Origin: Rhizodiscina lignyota | Lineage: Eukaryota | NCBI GenBank assembly: GCA_010015805.1 | Contig: ML978126.1 | Span: forward strand, 1,364,001-1,428,000 | Length of the DNA: 64,000 bases | Direction: 5' to 3' | Shown: piece after piece, positions 1 to 12,723 of the stretch | Numbering within the stretch: position 1 is the first letter of the stretch | How the letters are laid out: the number at the start of each line of letters is the position of its first letter | Position numbers and translations under genes: made by a program | The notes under the pieces: model-generated | What the model was told of the DNA's origin: nothing | The model's input: the letters and a program-made list of their open reading frames with translations, nothing else | Database searches by the model: none

Positions 1-50
1 TCGATATCGTTCTCCTCATCTGAGGGTAGGTTATCGTACGAGGGAGCCAT
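1..50 (-). CDS. PRT1: 5' end of probable translation initiation factor eIF3 subunit b (runs off the window)
   Basis: ATG at 50 gives MAPSYDNLPSDEENDI, resembling the MAPS(F/Y)D..acidic..ID N-terminus of filamentous-fungal eIF3b. Only 16 codons are visible. Confidence 0.55.
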   Translation of the reverse strand, partial: MAPSYDNLPSDEENDI

Positions 51-136
51 TTTGCGTATCGTGTCGTTGGGTTTCCTGTTGTGTCGAATGTAATTTTGAG
101 TGGTGGGGTCATTGAATATTTAAGTGCGAAGGAAAG

Positions 137-146
137 ATCACGTGAT
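137..146. promoter_or_regulatory. Palindromic E-box ATCACGTGAT (Cbf1/bHLH-type site)
   Basis: Perfect 10-bp palindrome containing RTCACGTG, about 90 bp upstream of the ATG at 50. Confidence 0.35.
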
Positions 147-763
147 ATTCTCATGGGACGTGACGGGATTTCCGTTGAGGGTTAGGGTTGAGAAACTTCA
201 CCTTGCGCACCCAACGTGTTTCAGCCCACTCCTACCTCCTACATAGTCCACGCCTGCCTGTCCTTTGCGTCCACACTCAGAGGTAACTTGAATCGAGAGT
301 CAATAGTTAGGTTTCACAGAAATCTCTCTTCTGCTTAGCCTACCTTATGCTTTGAAGCGGCATTGACTTCTGGCGCGAGCTCTTATTTATTCTCACTACA
401 ATTTCTCATCATTTGCAAGTCGGCGTCAATTCGTGCAAGTTGGAGCGCTGGCTCTATCACATTGATCGTTGGGAATGAAATCTGAAAAACCTAAGTAGTC
501 TTCTGAGTCTACTGATTCTAGCAAATTGGTTTGTCATATTGGCATCTCCATGCCCTTGTCATTCACAAGTCCTCAGTCTCAACAGACTACCGGACACACA
601 TTAACCGTTGCTATTCATAGCTCCATCAGCCATAGCAGTGACACTGTAATTACATGCTTCATTAGTTAAACTATCCGTCCTTCGAAGGGGCCGATAGCAG
701 GCCGGAAAGACTCACCCACAACTGTGGACCACATTGCGCAACAGTCTGGCTAATAGCTCACTC

Positions 764-1054
764 TTACAGGTGTTGCAGTTTCCCCGTTTTCTCAGAGCCT
801 ATCGTTGAGCTCATCAACTCAACATCCATACCCTTCTCCCGAGCCATCTCTCTCGTCTTCCTCACCCTTCTCCTGTCTATCACGTGCATCATCACTATCC
901 CCGGCATGCCAGGCACACAAAGAATCAATCCAACGATGTAGCCAATCTTTTGAGCTTTCGAAAGCTCTTTAAATATTAACGGCCGTTGCTGTGGTTTCTC
1001 GGGGCTGGCCTCTTTCGAATAAGCTGGAAGTTCGGCAATATCTGGATAGCACAT
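764..1054 (-). CDS. Small hypothetical single-pass membrane protein
   Basis: 96-aa ORF with one hydrophobic helix (IGYIVGLILCVPGMPGIVMMHVI) followed by a basic stop-transfer patch (RRRVRKTR). No family recognised. Confidence 0.4.
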   Translation of the reverse strand: MCYPDIAELPAYSKEASPEKPQQRPLIFKELSKAQKIGYIVGLILCVPGMPGIVMMHVIDRRRVRKTREMAREKGMDVELMSSTIGSEKTGKLQHL

Positions 1055-1393
1055 ATTGGGTGGTTTGTAGAGGGTTCTCGCTTTTTGGTATGTAGATGTT
1101 TGTGGTCTTGATGGGAGAATAATTCAATGTAGTATATTGATAGAACGAACTGGTGGAGATTTTCGAAGATTTACGAAGATTTACGAGTATGCTTGTGCTG
1201 GGGCGGGCTTCCGCTTAGTACAGTGCCCAACGGCCATCAGAAGCAAGAACCGGACTACGGCTCTATCCAATACGCATGCACTTTTTTCAAACCACACATT
1301 GTAGAACTTGGGACCAATGGCCGATATCCCTTTTCCACCCTTGTGTCTCCGGAAAGTATATCCCGTCCGAAACTCCGTCCGCTGCTCCCCCCA

Positions 1394-2714
1394 TCACAGC
1401 GGAATAGGAATGATCTGCATAGGCCAATGCCTCTCGCCCGATGTATCCTCTGCCGTATCGGGTCGGACGGGGCCTAAGAAGTGCTCATAGATGGCAGGGT
1501 GCAATGGCCCAGAGCGATCAGCCATCTTCCTGAGGTGCAGCACGGCGTGGGCAAGCCTTGGAAATCCAGGACGATCCTCCCCAACGCTGCATCGTGCGTA
1601 ATCCAAAGCTTTCTCCGCCCACTGCAGTGCCTCCCTGCGGTCTCTTAGTTTGAGACAGAAGCCCGTAGCGTTGCCGTATCTGTTCAGCTCGTAAGCATAT
1701 GTATGACATCAGTAGGCTGTTCTGCTCCAAGCCCGACAGTTCCATCGGGAAAGACTTCTCATGCTCATCGACTAATACAGACATGCGTTTCACCATATTT
1801 CTCTGAGTCAATCTCAACTCCAACTGGGGCAAATCGATAGTTACCTGCAGAAAAATTTACAGTATTTCTCTGCGGGACGAAGTTGAGAACAAGAGGCGCT
1901 ATATCTAAACAGCAGTACAACTTTACTGCTGAGACGTGCCGATTATCATCGAGAGGGAGGGAGGATAAACTTACGCGTAATGAAGTTTCGAGAACAAGCC
2001 TTCCGAAGCCGCTAGCTCAGCTATTTTCCGCAATGACTCTAGCGACATATTCCAATCCTCCCGGGTCCCCAAACGCATGCTTCCAGCGAGCCGTTGTTCT
2101 TCGAGGTAGATCTTAAGATCAGCCACTCCAGCCTCAACGTTTGTGCACGAGAAGCACTTGCATTCAAAGCCCCAAGCGAAGCGCAGCGCCTCGCGACGCT
2201 GAATGCGCGAAATGTTGAGATCAATATAGGTGACTGTAAGCTCCTAGCCACGTGCAACATCTCGATACGTGTGGAATGTCATCCATTCCCGATCCTCGTT
2301 GTAATCCGTATGGATGTTCGGCCTGCACGAGTGGTTGAACCGTGATCCAATAAGGAACAACCCACTCCTTCCGATGATTGAGTTGTCAATGCCGAAACTA
2401 TTCGTTTGGCATATTGCAAGGATTTTGCGAACGGCCGGTGGTAGGCTTCCCCATTCCCGACCAGTGGCCTGAGAGTAGCGGGTACTGGGGCTTTCACTCT
2501 CATTGTGATGGAGTGACAGAAATGACGCCTTCTCAGATGTACTGAGGTTTTTGAAATCGCGCAAAACCTGCGCGGGAGCAAGGCCGTGTTCGCCCCTGAG
2601 AAGTGGGAGCTCTGCGAGAACACGCATGCCGCGAGGAATATCAGCTTTGGCAAAGACACCGACGCCCCCAAGAGGGGAATCGTTTATTTCGAAAAACGAG
2701 TTCTCTGTCGACAT
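1394..2714 (-). pseudogene. SET-domain (SET/post-SET plus TPR-like tail) methyltransferase gene with an in-frame premature TAG
   Basis: Motifs GVGVFA and RFNHSCRPN, then G*ELTVTYID with TAG at 2246-2244, then post-SET WGFECKCFSC in the same frame. A GTAAGT..AG intron (1974-1680) joins in phase to exon 1679-1394 (AYGNATGFCLKLRDRREALQWAEKALDY...). Confidence 0.8.
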
Positions 2715-3250
2715 TTTTCGTTAGGCAAGGTTGAAAATTTGGCAGTATGATGCAGACTTACGGAGTTTATAGTATTCTCATCCTTCGACACTGGCGTTTG
2801 TTGTGTAACATCAGTGTGGGTGGATGCAGACCGCCATTGAACATCAAAGCTCTTCGTACCAAGGAAGTTACCAAATAATTGTCAATAGAGGCACGAGCAT
2901 AGAAAGAACGTATAAATGAGCTGTCAAAGTCAGTCTCGCTGAACGTTGAGGTATAAGAGCTGATCGCTCCTGCGTGTTACAGATTGCCTCGCGGTCAGAT
3001 TTTTGATGACCCTTGAGCCAGGTAGTAAATAGACCATATCTCATGCGAACTGATAGATTGTGAACTCTGATATGCACATATATTTAAGTAGATCCAATCT
3101 ATATTGTCAGCTTGTAGGCGCCGTTGGTCTGCGCACTGGTTATGATACACGCCCCGACTGCCATCGGAGCAAGATGTAAAGATACAATTTCTCAAAGTGG
3201 AACTTCTGACCACTCACATGCACCCCAAAAGCCACCCCTCCCACGATCTC

Positions 3251-5586
3251 TTACAGCCCGGCTCTCTTCCCTTGATCACAGTATCCTGGAGGCTTCACGT
3301 CGCCGCCTTCTAACCATCCACGTATCGTCATCACGGTAGTGTAGACCATGCCAACACAGCCAAAGATGATCAGCACGATATCAGCTATTCGTTGATTCCG
3401 TGTCCGCGAAACGCCACGGTAGTGTAGCATTGGCTGGTAAACATGTCATCAGCATTCATTTCATGACCAGGGAAGGGACATTGCCAGCTCAGACTTACAG
3501 GGTAGATGTACACGAGCGGGATACAGGCGAAGCTTCCCACCAGCGCGACAAATTTGTCAAGATCATTCGCGCCGGCCCAAGCAATCATTGCGCAAAAGCA
3601 AACCATGAAGAAACGGAAGAAGTTCTTGGACCACTTCACAGTCGGGTTGTTTTTGCCCGTCTTTCTGAACAACTGCTTGCTGGTGATGTCGATCGCGGGA
3701 TGGAATTGCAGCGGTGTCGAAAGCATAATTGCCAAGCTGTAGATGAACTGCACAGCATTGACGAATTTATTGTCTTGTGGCATATTCAGTAGAACCACAG
3801 TCTTGGTCTTGCTTCCGTAAGCGGCGTATGAAAGAATGCCCGAAGTCGAGAAAATAACTGCGCAAATGATCATGACCAGGCCGAGAACGAGAGGCAGTTT
3901 GGTCTGATCGCGCATTGCCTCTTGGATCGGAATGATGAGCCCAATGCCCTCAAATGTGAAGATGGCGGTGCCGATAAAGAGGGTCCAACTCTTCTCGTTA
4001 AACCACGTAATATCAGCAATGCCGTGGTTGACAGTAGCAATGGTGAGAATGTCATAGTAGAATAGGTAGACCAGACCCAGTACGATGAACACGTCTGCGA
4101 CAATGGCGATGTTCTGGATCTTGGCGATATTGCGGTACAGCGAAAACGGGAGGAAAATTATCATCTGCATGAGGATAAGATATCCAATGGGTATAAAGGT
4201 CCGGCACTTGGAGACCGCCAAAATAAACGCCTGAAGGTTTTCGGAAGTGAACACAATGTATGCCGATGAAAATCCAATCTGACTGATCACTAAAGACGCG
4301 TTGATCATATGCCGGAGCCAGGGGCCATAGAGTTTTTCGCCCATTCCGCCGAATGAGTAAGTGTGATGAATGCGGGTGGTGACGAGGAGGATGAAGCAGT
4401 AGTAGCTGAGTGCGGCAACAAAGAGGAGAACCAGAGTACTGAACAGCATGCCGCCATTCAAGAAAGCCTTTGGCAGGAATAGTACGCCTGTTCCGACAAA
4501 AGATTTGAGAAGCATCATCGCAGCTCCTGTCGCAGTCGCGCCGGGCGCCTTGTTATCTTTTCTCCGCTTTCGCCTCATGGGAGTTCGGATAAGGCCAGTT
4601 TCCTCGGTAGCTTCTTGATCCTCATCCAGTATGCTCTCTCCATACGTATCGGATGAAAAGTAGCCATCTGCCTCATCGTCTTCCAAGTCTTCACCTGCAA
4701 AGTGGCCATAAAGGCTGAGAAATTCGATGAAGTTGCTCGTAAATAGTTGAGGCCGTTGCTCTCCCCTCTCGGCTGCGTCCGCGCGTGACGGCGAAGGGCT
4801 TGCAACATTTCTCCTAATGTAGTTTCGCCGGAAGCCACCTGGTTGCTTAATGGTGTTAATGTCCAAAACGTCGTCCGCCTGCGCGTTCCCAAGACTGAAA
4901 CTCTTTGACCTCTTCGTCTTGCCTTCTGCCTCTTGCTGCTCTGACCATCTGTATATCTGTCTGTGTATATCTCCTCCTTGAAGGCGCAGGCTTGAAAAGT
5001 CGTCCTCGTCTAACCCAGAAGCGGTTTCCTGATCTCCCCCCAGAGATGATGTGTGGTTGTTCATCAGTGAAACCGGATTCGAAGGAGATCCAGCCCTTGG
5101 CCCTACGAGGTGGCGGCGAACGACTTCTGCATCTTCATAAGGTGCAGAGCCTCCATTTCCTCGCTGGTCGAATGAACCATAGTTGCTGCGAGGAACACGT
5201 CCTTCAGCTGCTCCAGAGGCAGGTGACATTGGCCGAAGAGGAGGTGTACCGAATCGAGGCGGACTTCCTCCGAACGAGCCTTGAAGTGCAGCAGATAGAG
5301 CTGATTCTCCCGGCCCGGGAAGTGAACTCCTCTGAGTCGAGGTGCCCGGGAGCGGCGTCTCAGCTTGTGATGGTTGTTCAGTGCCCAATTGACCTGGAGT
5401 TGGCACTTGTCTGACGGGAGGTGTCCCATAACCGTGCGATGGGACAGGTGAACCTAATCTCTGGGTTGCACTTGCTCTTATCGAAGGCGAACTGTCACCT
5501 GGTGACAGTCTCCCAGCGGCGTTCGGTGAGTTGCCGGGGATGGCTTGCGCCCGAGAATGTGAGGACGAAGCGTTGCGGTCGGTCAT
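3251..5586 (-). CDS. AVT3: Vacuolar amino acid transporter, AVT3/AVT4 type (Aa_trans family)
   Basis: Motifs PGGFRR, LYGHFAGEDL, LLKSFVGTGVLFLP and FTFEGIGLIIPI. One intron near 3497-3434, then a last exon PMLHYRG...PPGYCDQGKRAGL with TAA at 3253-3251. Confidence 0.9.
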
Positions 5587-6169
5587 GGTGGAGTGAGGGT
5601 TATTGACGTCTCATATGCGGATATGTACGAAGAGAATGTAGGATACTCTGCGATAATTTCGTATCAGTGTGCAGGTCGAGGTGCCGCATATCCAGCGGTG
5701 ATGCAGGTACGACAAAGGCGATTGGCTTACATACTTGTACAACGAAGGGCTTTTCAAAGAAGGCTCGTATAATACAGTTGGAAAGAGCACCCAGAGACAG
5801 AACCAAGCAATGAAAATGAGTCGCGTGTGCTTTCAGCGCGGCATGACGTGCAGTGGGATGTGGTCTTTAAACATTGGCTTCCCGGAGTTCGGCGAGGAGA
5901 TCAAGGGTCGAAAGCGTGGAGCTGGCTCGTGACCGAAAATCAAAGCTTCACCCCTTCACAACGTCACAAGAACGTCGAGGCACGGCCCGTGAGCTTATAT
6001 CCCACGCGTGGGACACGGTCACGGCACTCGTTGTCAGAGCGGCACTGCCATCTGTTCATGGCTCGAGTGCTGCTGCAGTCACGTCCGTTTCGCTGGTTTG
6101 GTAGTCCTCCCGGAGGCGGAGTGGGCAAGCCATCACGGGGTCGAAGTCTGATATACGTTCAAAGCCACC

Positions 6170-9100
6170 ATGGCTGAAGAGGGTTCCCAGAGGCCACCAA
6201 TCGTCAGATCTAGGTCAAACTTCCTCACGAGGACCGCTACGGATGATGCCTCGCAGCTGGATCGTCGGTGGAGCCTCTTTCCTTCCACACCTTCGCCAAG
6301 GGAAGAAACACAGTCTCCGAATCTACAGCGACATGGCGAGACTTCAACTTCAGATACCCCATCACCAGGAATTGTACGGAGACTATTCTCGGCTGGCACC
6401 CACGGAGTCTCTACAGTCACAAGAAGACGCTCGTCTGGGAGACCACGAATACCATCAACGTCAGGAGCAGCAGATGAGGACAAGCTGCGGCAGGAATTTT
6501 ACAAGCCGAAGCCAGGAGCTATGCCTCGTCCAGTTGGTGGCTCCGAGAAGCTTGGGACTTTTGCTGGAGTCTTCGTACCCACCAGCCTGAATGTTCTCAG
6601 TATCCTCATGTTTATTCGGTTTGGATTCATTCTTGGCCAAAGTGGATTCCTTGGAATGATGGGCATGTTAATTGCATGCTATTTGATCAATCTCCTTACG
6701 ACCATGTCCATCTCTGCAATTGCCACGAATGGCACCGTGCGCGGTGGTGGTGCGTACTACTTGATCTCTAGGAGCCTGGGTCCCGAGTTTGGAGGAAGCA
6801 TTGGAGTTGTCTTCTACCTTGGATTCGTCTTCAATACTGGCATGAACGCAGTTGGTTTGATCGACTGCTTAAGGGGCAATTTTGGAGTACAGGGGGGCAA
6901 CTGGTCTAATTGGCTACCTGAGAGCTTCTGGTGGAACTATCTTTGGGGCACGGTCGTGCTTGTCCTGTGCACTGCCATCTGTCTGGCCGGTAGTGGACTC
7001 TTTGCCAGAGCAAGTAACGCACTTTTGGCAATACTATTGATTGCAACTTTCAGCATCCCATTCTCGGCTCTTATTCTACAACCATTCGAAGACCGGAGAC
7101 TTGGCATTCAATACACTGGACTGAGCCTTGACACATTTATGGGAAATCTATACCCCATGTTCACCAGAGGTGCAGATGGGAGTCAGCTTAAGGGTCGTGA
7201 GAATTGGCAGGATCTTTTTGGTATCCTCTTCCCGGCTACTGGAGGCATTTTCGCTGGTGCAAGCATGTCTGGAGATCTCAAGCATCCAAGCAAAGCCATT
7301 CCGAAAGGCACGCTCTATGGCCTTGCTCTTACCTTCATCTCGTACACACTGGTAAGAGCCCCTGTGCTGCGCAGTGGTACTTACAACTCCCTGTCCCATT
7401 CTTGCTTTGTTGGTCTCCTAATTCGATAAACAAACATGTCTCTTCTTAGTTCCCTCTGGAGGCGTTCGTGTAGAAGAGCAAAGGCTACATTGAGGAGATT
7501 ACTAACATCTACTCGATAATTATAGGTCATACTCGCACTGGCATCAACGATTACACGAGCCACATTCTATCGTAACGTCAATGTAATCCAAGATGTCAAC
7601 ATATCGGGTGTCATCATCCTCCTTGGCGAGTGCTCTTCCACACTCTTCTCAACCCTAATGGGTGTCATTGGCTCGGCGAAACTTCTTCAAGCTCTAGCCC
7701 GTGATAACCTTGTTCCTGGGCTTTCCATATTCAGTCAGGGGACGAAGAAGAACGACGAGCCCACTTACGCAATCATCATCACGTACCTGGTCACGCAGTT
7801 CACCATGCTCTCGGATATCAATCAAATTGCCAGCTTTGTAGCAATGACTTATCTCATGACATTCCTTGTCATGAATCTAGCTTGCTTCCTCCTTAAGATC
7901 AGCTCCGCACCAAATTTCAGGCCCTCTTTCCGATACTTCAATTGGGCAACGGCAGCCACAGGAGCCATACTTAGCGGCGCAAGCATGTTCTTCGTGGACG
8001 GCGCTTATGCTTCGGGATGCGTTCTTATTCTAGCGATTCTATTCCTGATTATACACTACAGCACCCCGCCGAAGTCTTGGGGTGATGTCTCGCAGTCCTT
8101 AATCTATCATCAAGTGCGGAAGTATCTGCTTCGGCTGAAACAGGAACATGTCAAATTCTGGCGCCCCCAGATTTTGCTCCTCGTCAACGACCCGAGGCGA
8201 CAGTATAAGCTTATCCAATTCTGCAATTCGTTGAAGAAAGGAGCGCTGTTCATTCTCGGTCATGTCATTGTGAACGAAAACTTCGGTGATGCGGTTCCCG
8301 AGGCGAAGAGACAGCAGCATGCCTGGGGCAAGTACATCGACTTTAGCAAGATCAAGGCGTTCGTAAATATCGTCATCTCTCCGGCGGTCGAATGGGGTAC
8401 TCGAAATCTGGTCCTTAGTGCTGGGTTGGGTGGCATGAGACCCAATATTGTAGTCATGGGATTCTACAACATGGAAGATCGACGCAAGTCAGAGCAAGAC
8501 CAGTTGGTAGACGTTGCTTCAGCATCCACAACTGCGCCTACCACGCCTGTGGTACGTCCATATCGAGGCGAAGATCATATGGAGCAGTCACGGATATCTA
8601 CAGGTTTCGGCTCTACAAGAGCCATATCACGAGGGAGCTCTAACAGGAAGCGGTACGAAAAGGCAAACAAACCTCCCGGACATCTACCTACAGACTCGAA
8701 TCGATCAGAACATCCCGTGACGGCTGCATCTTACGTCACAATCCTCGAGGATCTCCTCATCCGTGTGCAGATCAATGTCGCGCTCGCGAAAGGCTTCCAG
8801 AACATGGAGCTCCCTATGCCCAAACCCACGAAGATGGAACGTTTATCCAAGATGCTGCGCTTCGGCAGTTCCCACGGTGAGGACGAGGAGGGAAAGAAGT
8901 ACATTGACCTCTGGCCCATCCAGATGAGCGCCGAGATTGCTGCGGAGGGTAGCGCGAACGGCGGCCGAAAGCGGCATGTCTTGACCACAAACTTTGACAC
9001 CTATACTTTGATTCTGCAGCTTGGATGCATTCTAAATACTGTGCCCAGCTGGAAGCGAACATACAAGCTGCGCGTGGTTGTCTTTGTGGAGTACGAAGCA

Positions 9101-10621
9101 GACGTTGAAGAAGAAAGAGTGCGTGTCAAGACTTTGTTGAACAACCTCAGGATCAAGGCGGATATACTGGTATTCTGGCTTGCATGTGGCGAGCTCAGGA
9201 CATATGAGATCATTGTCAACGGGAAAAAGGCCGGATTAGAAGACGCTACCAAGGAGGTGGATGAAGCTCTCAAAGACGAAGACTGGTGGCAGGAGGTCAA
9301 GGCCCTACGACGCCGAGGGACTTCGCAAGCCAGCGCGATGAGAGATATGGCGGAAGTTGCGGGGCTTTTGGACAGTTCGACAAATTGGCCGGGCTCCAGC
9401 TTCCAACATGGAAGACGAGAACAGAAGGTGAAGCGATTTGAAGGACTGAGGAAGATGTTGAAGAAGACAAAGAGGAGAAGAACCAGTGTTGGCGGCATTA
9501 GCGAGATGGGCGTGAGCCTCGGCATGAGAACGCATCGCCTCGACCCAGACTTAATCGACAGGCACTCGAGTCAAGCCAGTGCCAGCGAGGGTTCATCCTC
9601 ATCCTCAAGCGAAACAGGCGAAAGCGATTCCGACGATGCGCCTGATTTGGACGATCAGCAAGAAATGGAGTCAGAGACACTCGAAAGCGACGATATTACG
9701 GCTAGTGAAAATGACGTTTCTGTTGATGAGGATGACCCACCTGTTACTCCAATCAGGCGAGCAGTCAGTATGAGCGCAAACTTGGGACGATCGAAGAATC
9801 TCGTGAAAAGCAAGAGCGGTACCAGAACTCCGACCACGAGTGAAGGTGGACAAAAGCCACGATCATTCAATCAGCCCGAGGCTGACATCTCAGACACGGA
9901 GCTTATGCGCGAAGACCCTGGTGATAATGCAGCACAGCAGACTGTTAAGCCGATCCGCCCACCCAACGTGAGGCAGCAGTCGCTGCCAAAGTTCACATCG
10001 AAGCCGGTCCCAAAGACAAAAGTTGCAAAACACGAAGGGCCGGGACCGTCAATCATGTTTGCAGACTCCCAACCATCTCCTGATGAGCATGGTGAGGGTT
10101 CTGTGTCTCAGAAACAACGCATTCAACCACAGCAGCACGGAGAGCAAGCACGCTCGAGCGACAGCGTGGAAACAGCGGTTGCGCAAGACCAGGCTCAAGG
10201 TCACCTCTCAGCCCCCGCTGTGCCGCTAAGCTTCAATGACCTGCCATGCAGAGCTCAGCATCTCATCCTGAACGAGCTCATGCGCGCTGTGTCTTCTCCC
10301 TCTCCTTCTCCCTCTCCGTCACCCGCGAACACGCCACCAGCTAGCACAACAGAAACGTCTTCCCCGCCTCCCGGACATTCGCAATTCACCGCATATGCGT
10401 CAATGCTGTCGAGCGCGCTTGGTAGCGATGGGACTGATCTGAAAGGAAATGGCAATGGGACTGCTGTGCTGTTCACAACGCTGCCGAGTCCGGTGTCGGG
10501 GACGGGAGAGAGCGAGACTGACAGTCTTAGATATCTCATGGACTTGGAAGTGTTGTGCAAGGGATTGCCGCCGGTACTGCTCGTGCATAGTAATTCCATT
10601 AGCGTGACGATGAGTTTGTAA
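6170..10621 (+). CDS. VHC1: Cation-chloride cotransporter (SLC12 family)
   Basis: Motifs KLGTFAGVFVPT, GGGAYYLISRSLGPEFGGSIG, FPATGGIFAGASMSGDL, SAPNFRPSF and VKFWRPQILL. A GTAAGA..TAG intron at ~7352-7525 joins the two ORFs. Confidence 0.95.
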
Positions 10622-10977
10622 GATTTTGTGTAAGGATACCCTGGAGATAGAAATTGCCATGATAGCGCTGAGGAGAAGAGCATGGGATGTTTTATAGAAT
10701 GGCTGAATGCGGGACAGCGCACTGCCAGCATTTGAACTTTGACAGGTGATTTTGTGCCTGACTTTCTTCTATGCTTATATAAACTTCAATTGTTCAATTC
10801 ATTGAACTTGCTTATTCAGCATCCATTCCTATTGTCCTATTGTCCTATTGTCCTGCCCGTTGCACCTACCCGTAGAGGTGGCTTCTACCTACCCCAAACT
10901 TAACATCACCTCTAGTCCTAACCTCAACCTCAACCCTAACCTCCTCTCTGCTCTCTCCAATACACCCACAAATCAAA

Positions 10978-11982
10978 ATGGCCCCAAACGTGCTCGTCGC
11001 CTCTCGCCACTCGCAAACGACGAAGACCAAGGGCAACACAATCCTCATCATCCGATCGACCGTCAAACCGCCGCCTCCCCGCAAAGTCAAACACACTCTG
11101 CTCACCATCCCAGGCGAGCTCCGCAACCACATATACACCTACGTCTTCGCCTCCAGCGTCTACGTCGAGCTCGTCCCCGCTTCCGCAACGCACATCATCC
11201 CCTTACACAAGACGCCCTTCAACCGCCATGCGACCACACCCGTGCTGCGCACCTCCCGCCCGCTGGGCAAATCCACCCCGGTGCATCGCGCGCGCACGAC
11301 ATGGGCGACGAGTCTGGGTGCCCTGTCCCTTGTGAACAGGCAACTGCACCGCGAAACGCTCGCGTACCTGTACGCGCAGCCGACGTTCTACGTCCAGTCG
11401 CCCAACCGGCTGGTCAACTTCCTGTCCGTGGCGCCCGCGGACAAGCTCAAGTACGTGCAGAGGCTCCACATCAGCTACCAGACGTACGGCGAGCCTGCGG
11501 TCGCGCAGCACCGGGCATGGAAGACTAAGAGCGTGGAGAAGTGGGCGGGCGCGATGGCGATGGCGGCAGAACGGTTGCCCGGTCTCAGGGAGCTGAAAGT
11601 CGCGTTGGACATACGCGATACGCCGTTCAAGCTGAGGCTGTCGGAGCCATGGGCGCGTCCGGTACTCAGCATGACGAAGAACGACGGCGTGCTGCCGGCG
11701 CTGGCGGATGTGCGCGTGGGCTTGGTGTCGAAGTACACGAGGGCAAGGTATGGCGAAGACACGGTTCGGTCTCTTCTGCTGCAGGGCGTACGTCTGGTTA
11801 CGGCGCAGATGACGGCGCGGCAGAAGGTGGCGCAGTATGATGGGCTGCATCGGCTGTTTGCGGGAGCCATGAGGAGGAGGATGATGGGGTGGGACTTGGA
11901 GTGCAGTTTGGAGGAGTATGAGAGGGGGATTGGAGAAGGGGGGTTCTATGAAGATGTTGATGCTCCTTTTGTGGTGCGATAG
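10978..11982 (+). CDS. Conserved fungal hypothetical protein with F-box-like motif (DUF7730-like)
   Basis: 334-aa ORF with high GC3. Contains LLTIPGELRNHIYTYVF (F-box-like) and LVNRQLHRET...LY, typical of this fungal family. Confidence 0.75.
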   Translation: MAPNVLVASRHSQTTKTKGNTILIIRSTVKPPPPRKVKHTLLTIPGELRNHIYTYVFASSVYVELVPASATHIIPLHKTPFNRHATTPVLRTSRPLGKSTPVHRARTTWATSLGALSLVNRQLHRETLAYLYAQPTFYVQSPNRLVNFLSVAPADKLKYVQRLHISYQTYGEPAVAQHRAWKTKSVEKWAGAMAMAAERLPGLRELKVALDIRDTPFKLRLSEPWARPVLSMTKNDGVLPALADVRVGLVSKYTRARYGEDTVRSLLLQGVRLVTAQMTARQKVAQYDGLHRLFAGAMRRRMMGWDLECSLEEYERGIGEGGFYEDVDAPFVVR

Positions 11983-12723
11983 GCGTGGAAGGAGCATTGG
12001 GATGGCTTCTGCGAGATTCGATTATGATTCTTCTTGCGGTTAGGTGATTCGGTTGATATTGGACCTCTTCTTGCTGTGGTGCTTGAGGGCTATTAATCCA
12101 TTCGGTGCGACTCGGTCATATACCACTCATGAATCATGATACTTTTGAAGGCCCATTTCGCTGAACATTTTATTTTATTCTGGTATACCGTGATCATTGG
12201 GGGGTGTATCGCATTCGCATGAGCTCCAAGAAAAAGCAAGAGACAGTAGTGCAGCAGGAGAGAGAAAGGAACCAGCTCCACCAAAGCCCCATCTATCCCA
12301 CTGGAGTGAGAAAGACAGGAAACGATTGATCGAAGGCCAGTGTAGACACAGTGGTGGAGAAAAATATGTGACATCTCGCTGCCCACGCCGCATCTGACAT
12401 ACTTTGAGTCAAAAATGAAAAGAAAAAGGACATGCCCCCCATGGCAATCTGCAGATCGCAAAAGCATCCCATCCTGAAAGCAAATCCCATTTGAGTTTTG
12501 GTGATCGTGGTTGAGAGAGAAACCCAGAACAGCTTTCCCAATCGCTCTATCCCATGCCCCTGTGCGCAATCCCCACTGACATAATCCAGAGACGTTGGTG
12601 TGCCAATGTTTGCCGAAATGTCAAAAACACTTGCCAGGCGATAAGACAGAGTAGAGAAAGGAGCCTGAGAACCTCGCAATCCAGAGTCACACCTCATTGA
12701 AGTTTGTCATGAGAGAAAGGCGT

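Noticed and set aside
10829..10853. (CTATTGTC)x3 and similar short tandem repeats (near 1164, 40280)
   Set aside because: Ordinary slippage-type repeats with no spacers or array structure.
11203..11997. Long antisense ORFs (also 12697-13152, 34375-34866, 28462-29025)
   Set aside because: These are shadow frames of GC3-rich genes on the opposite strand with no independent motifs.
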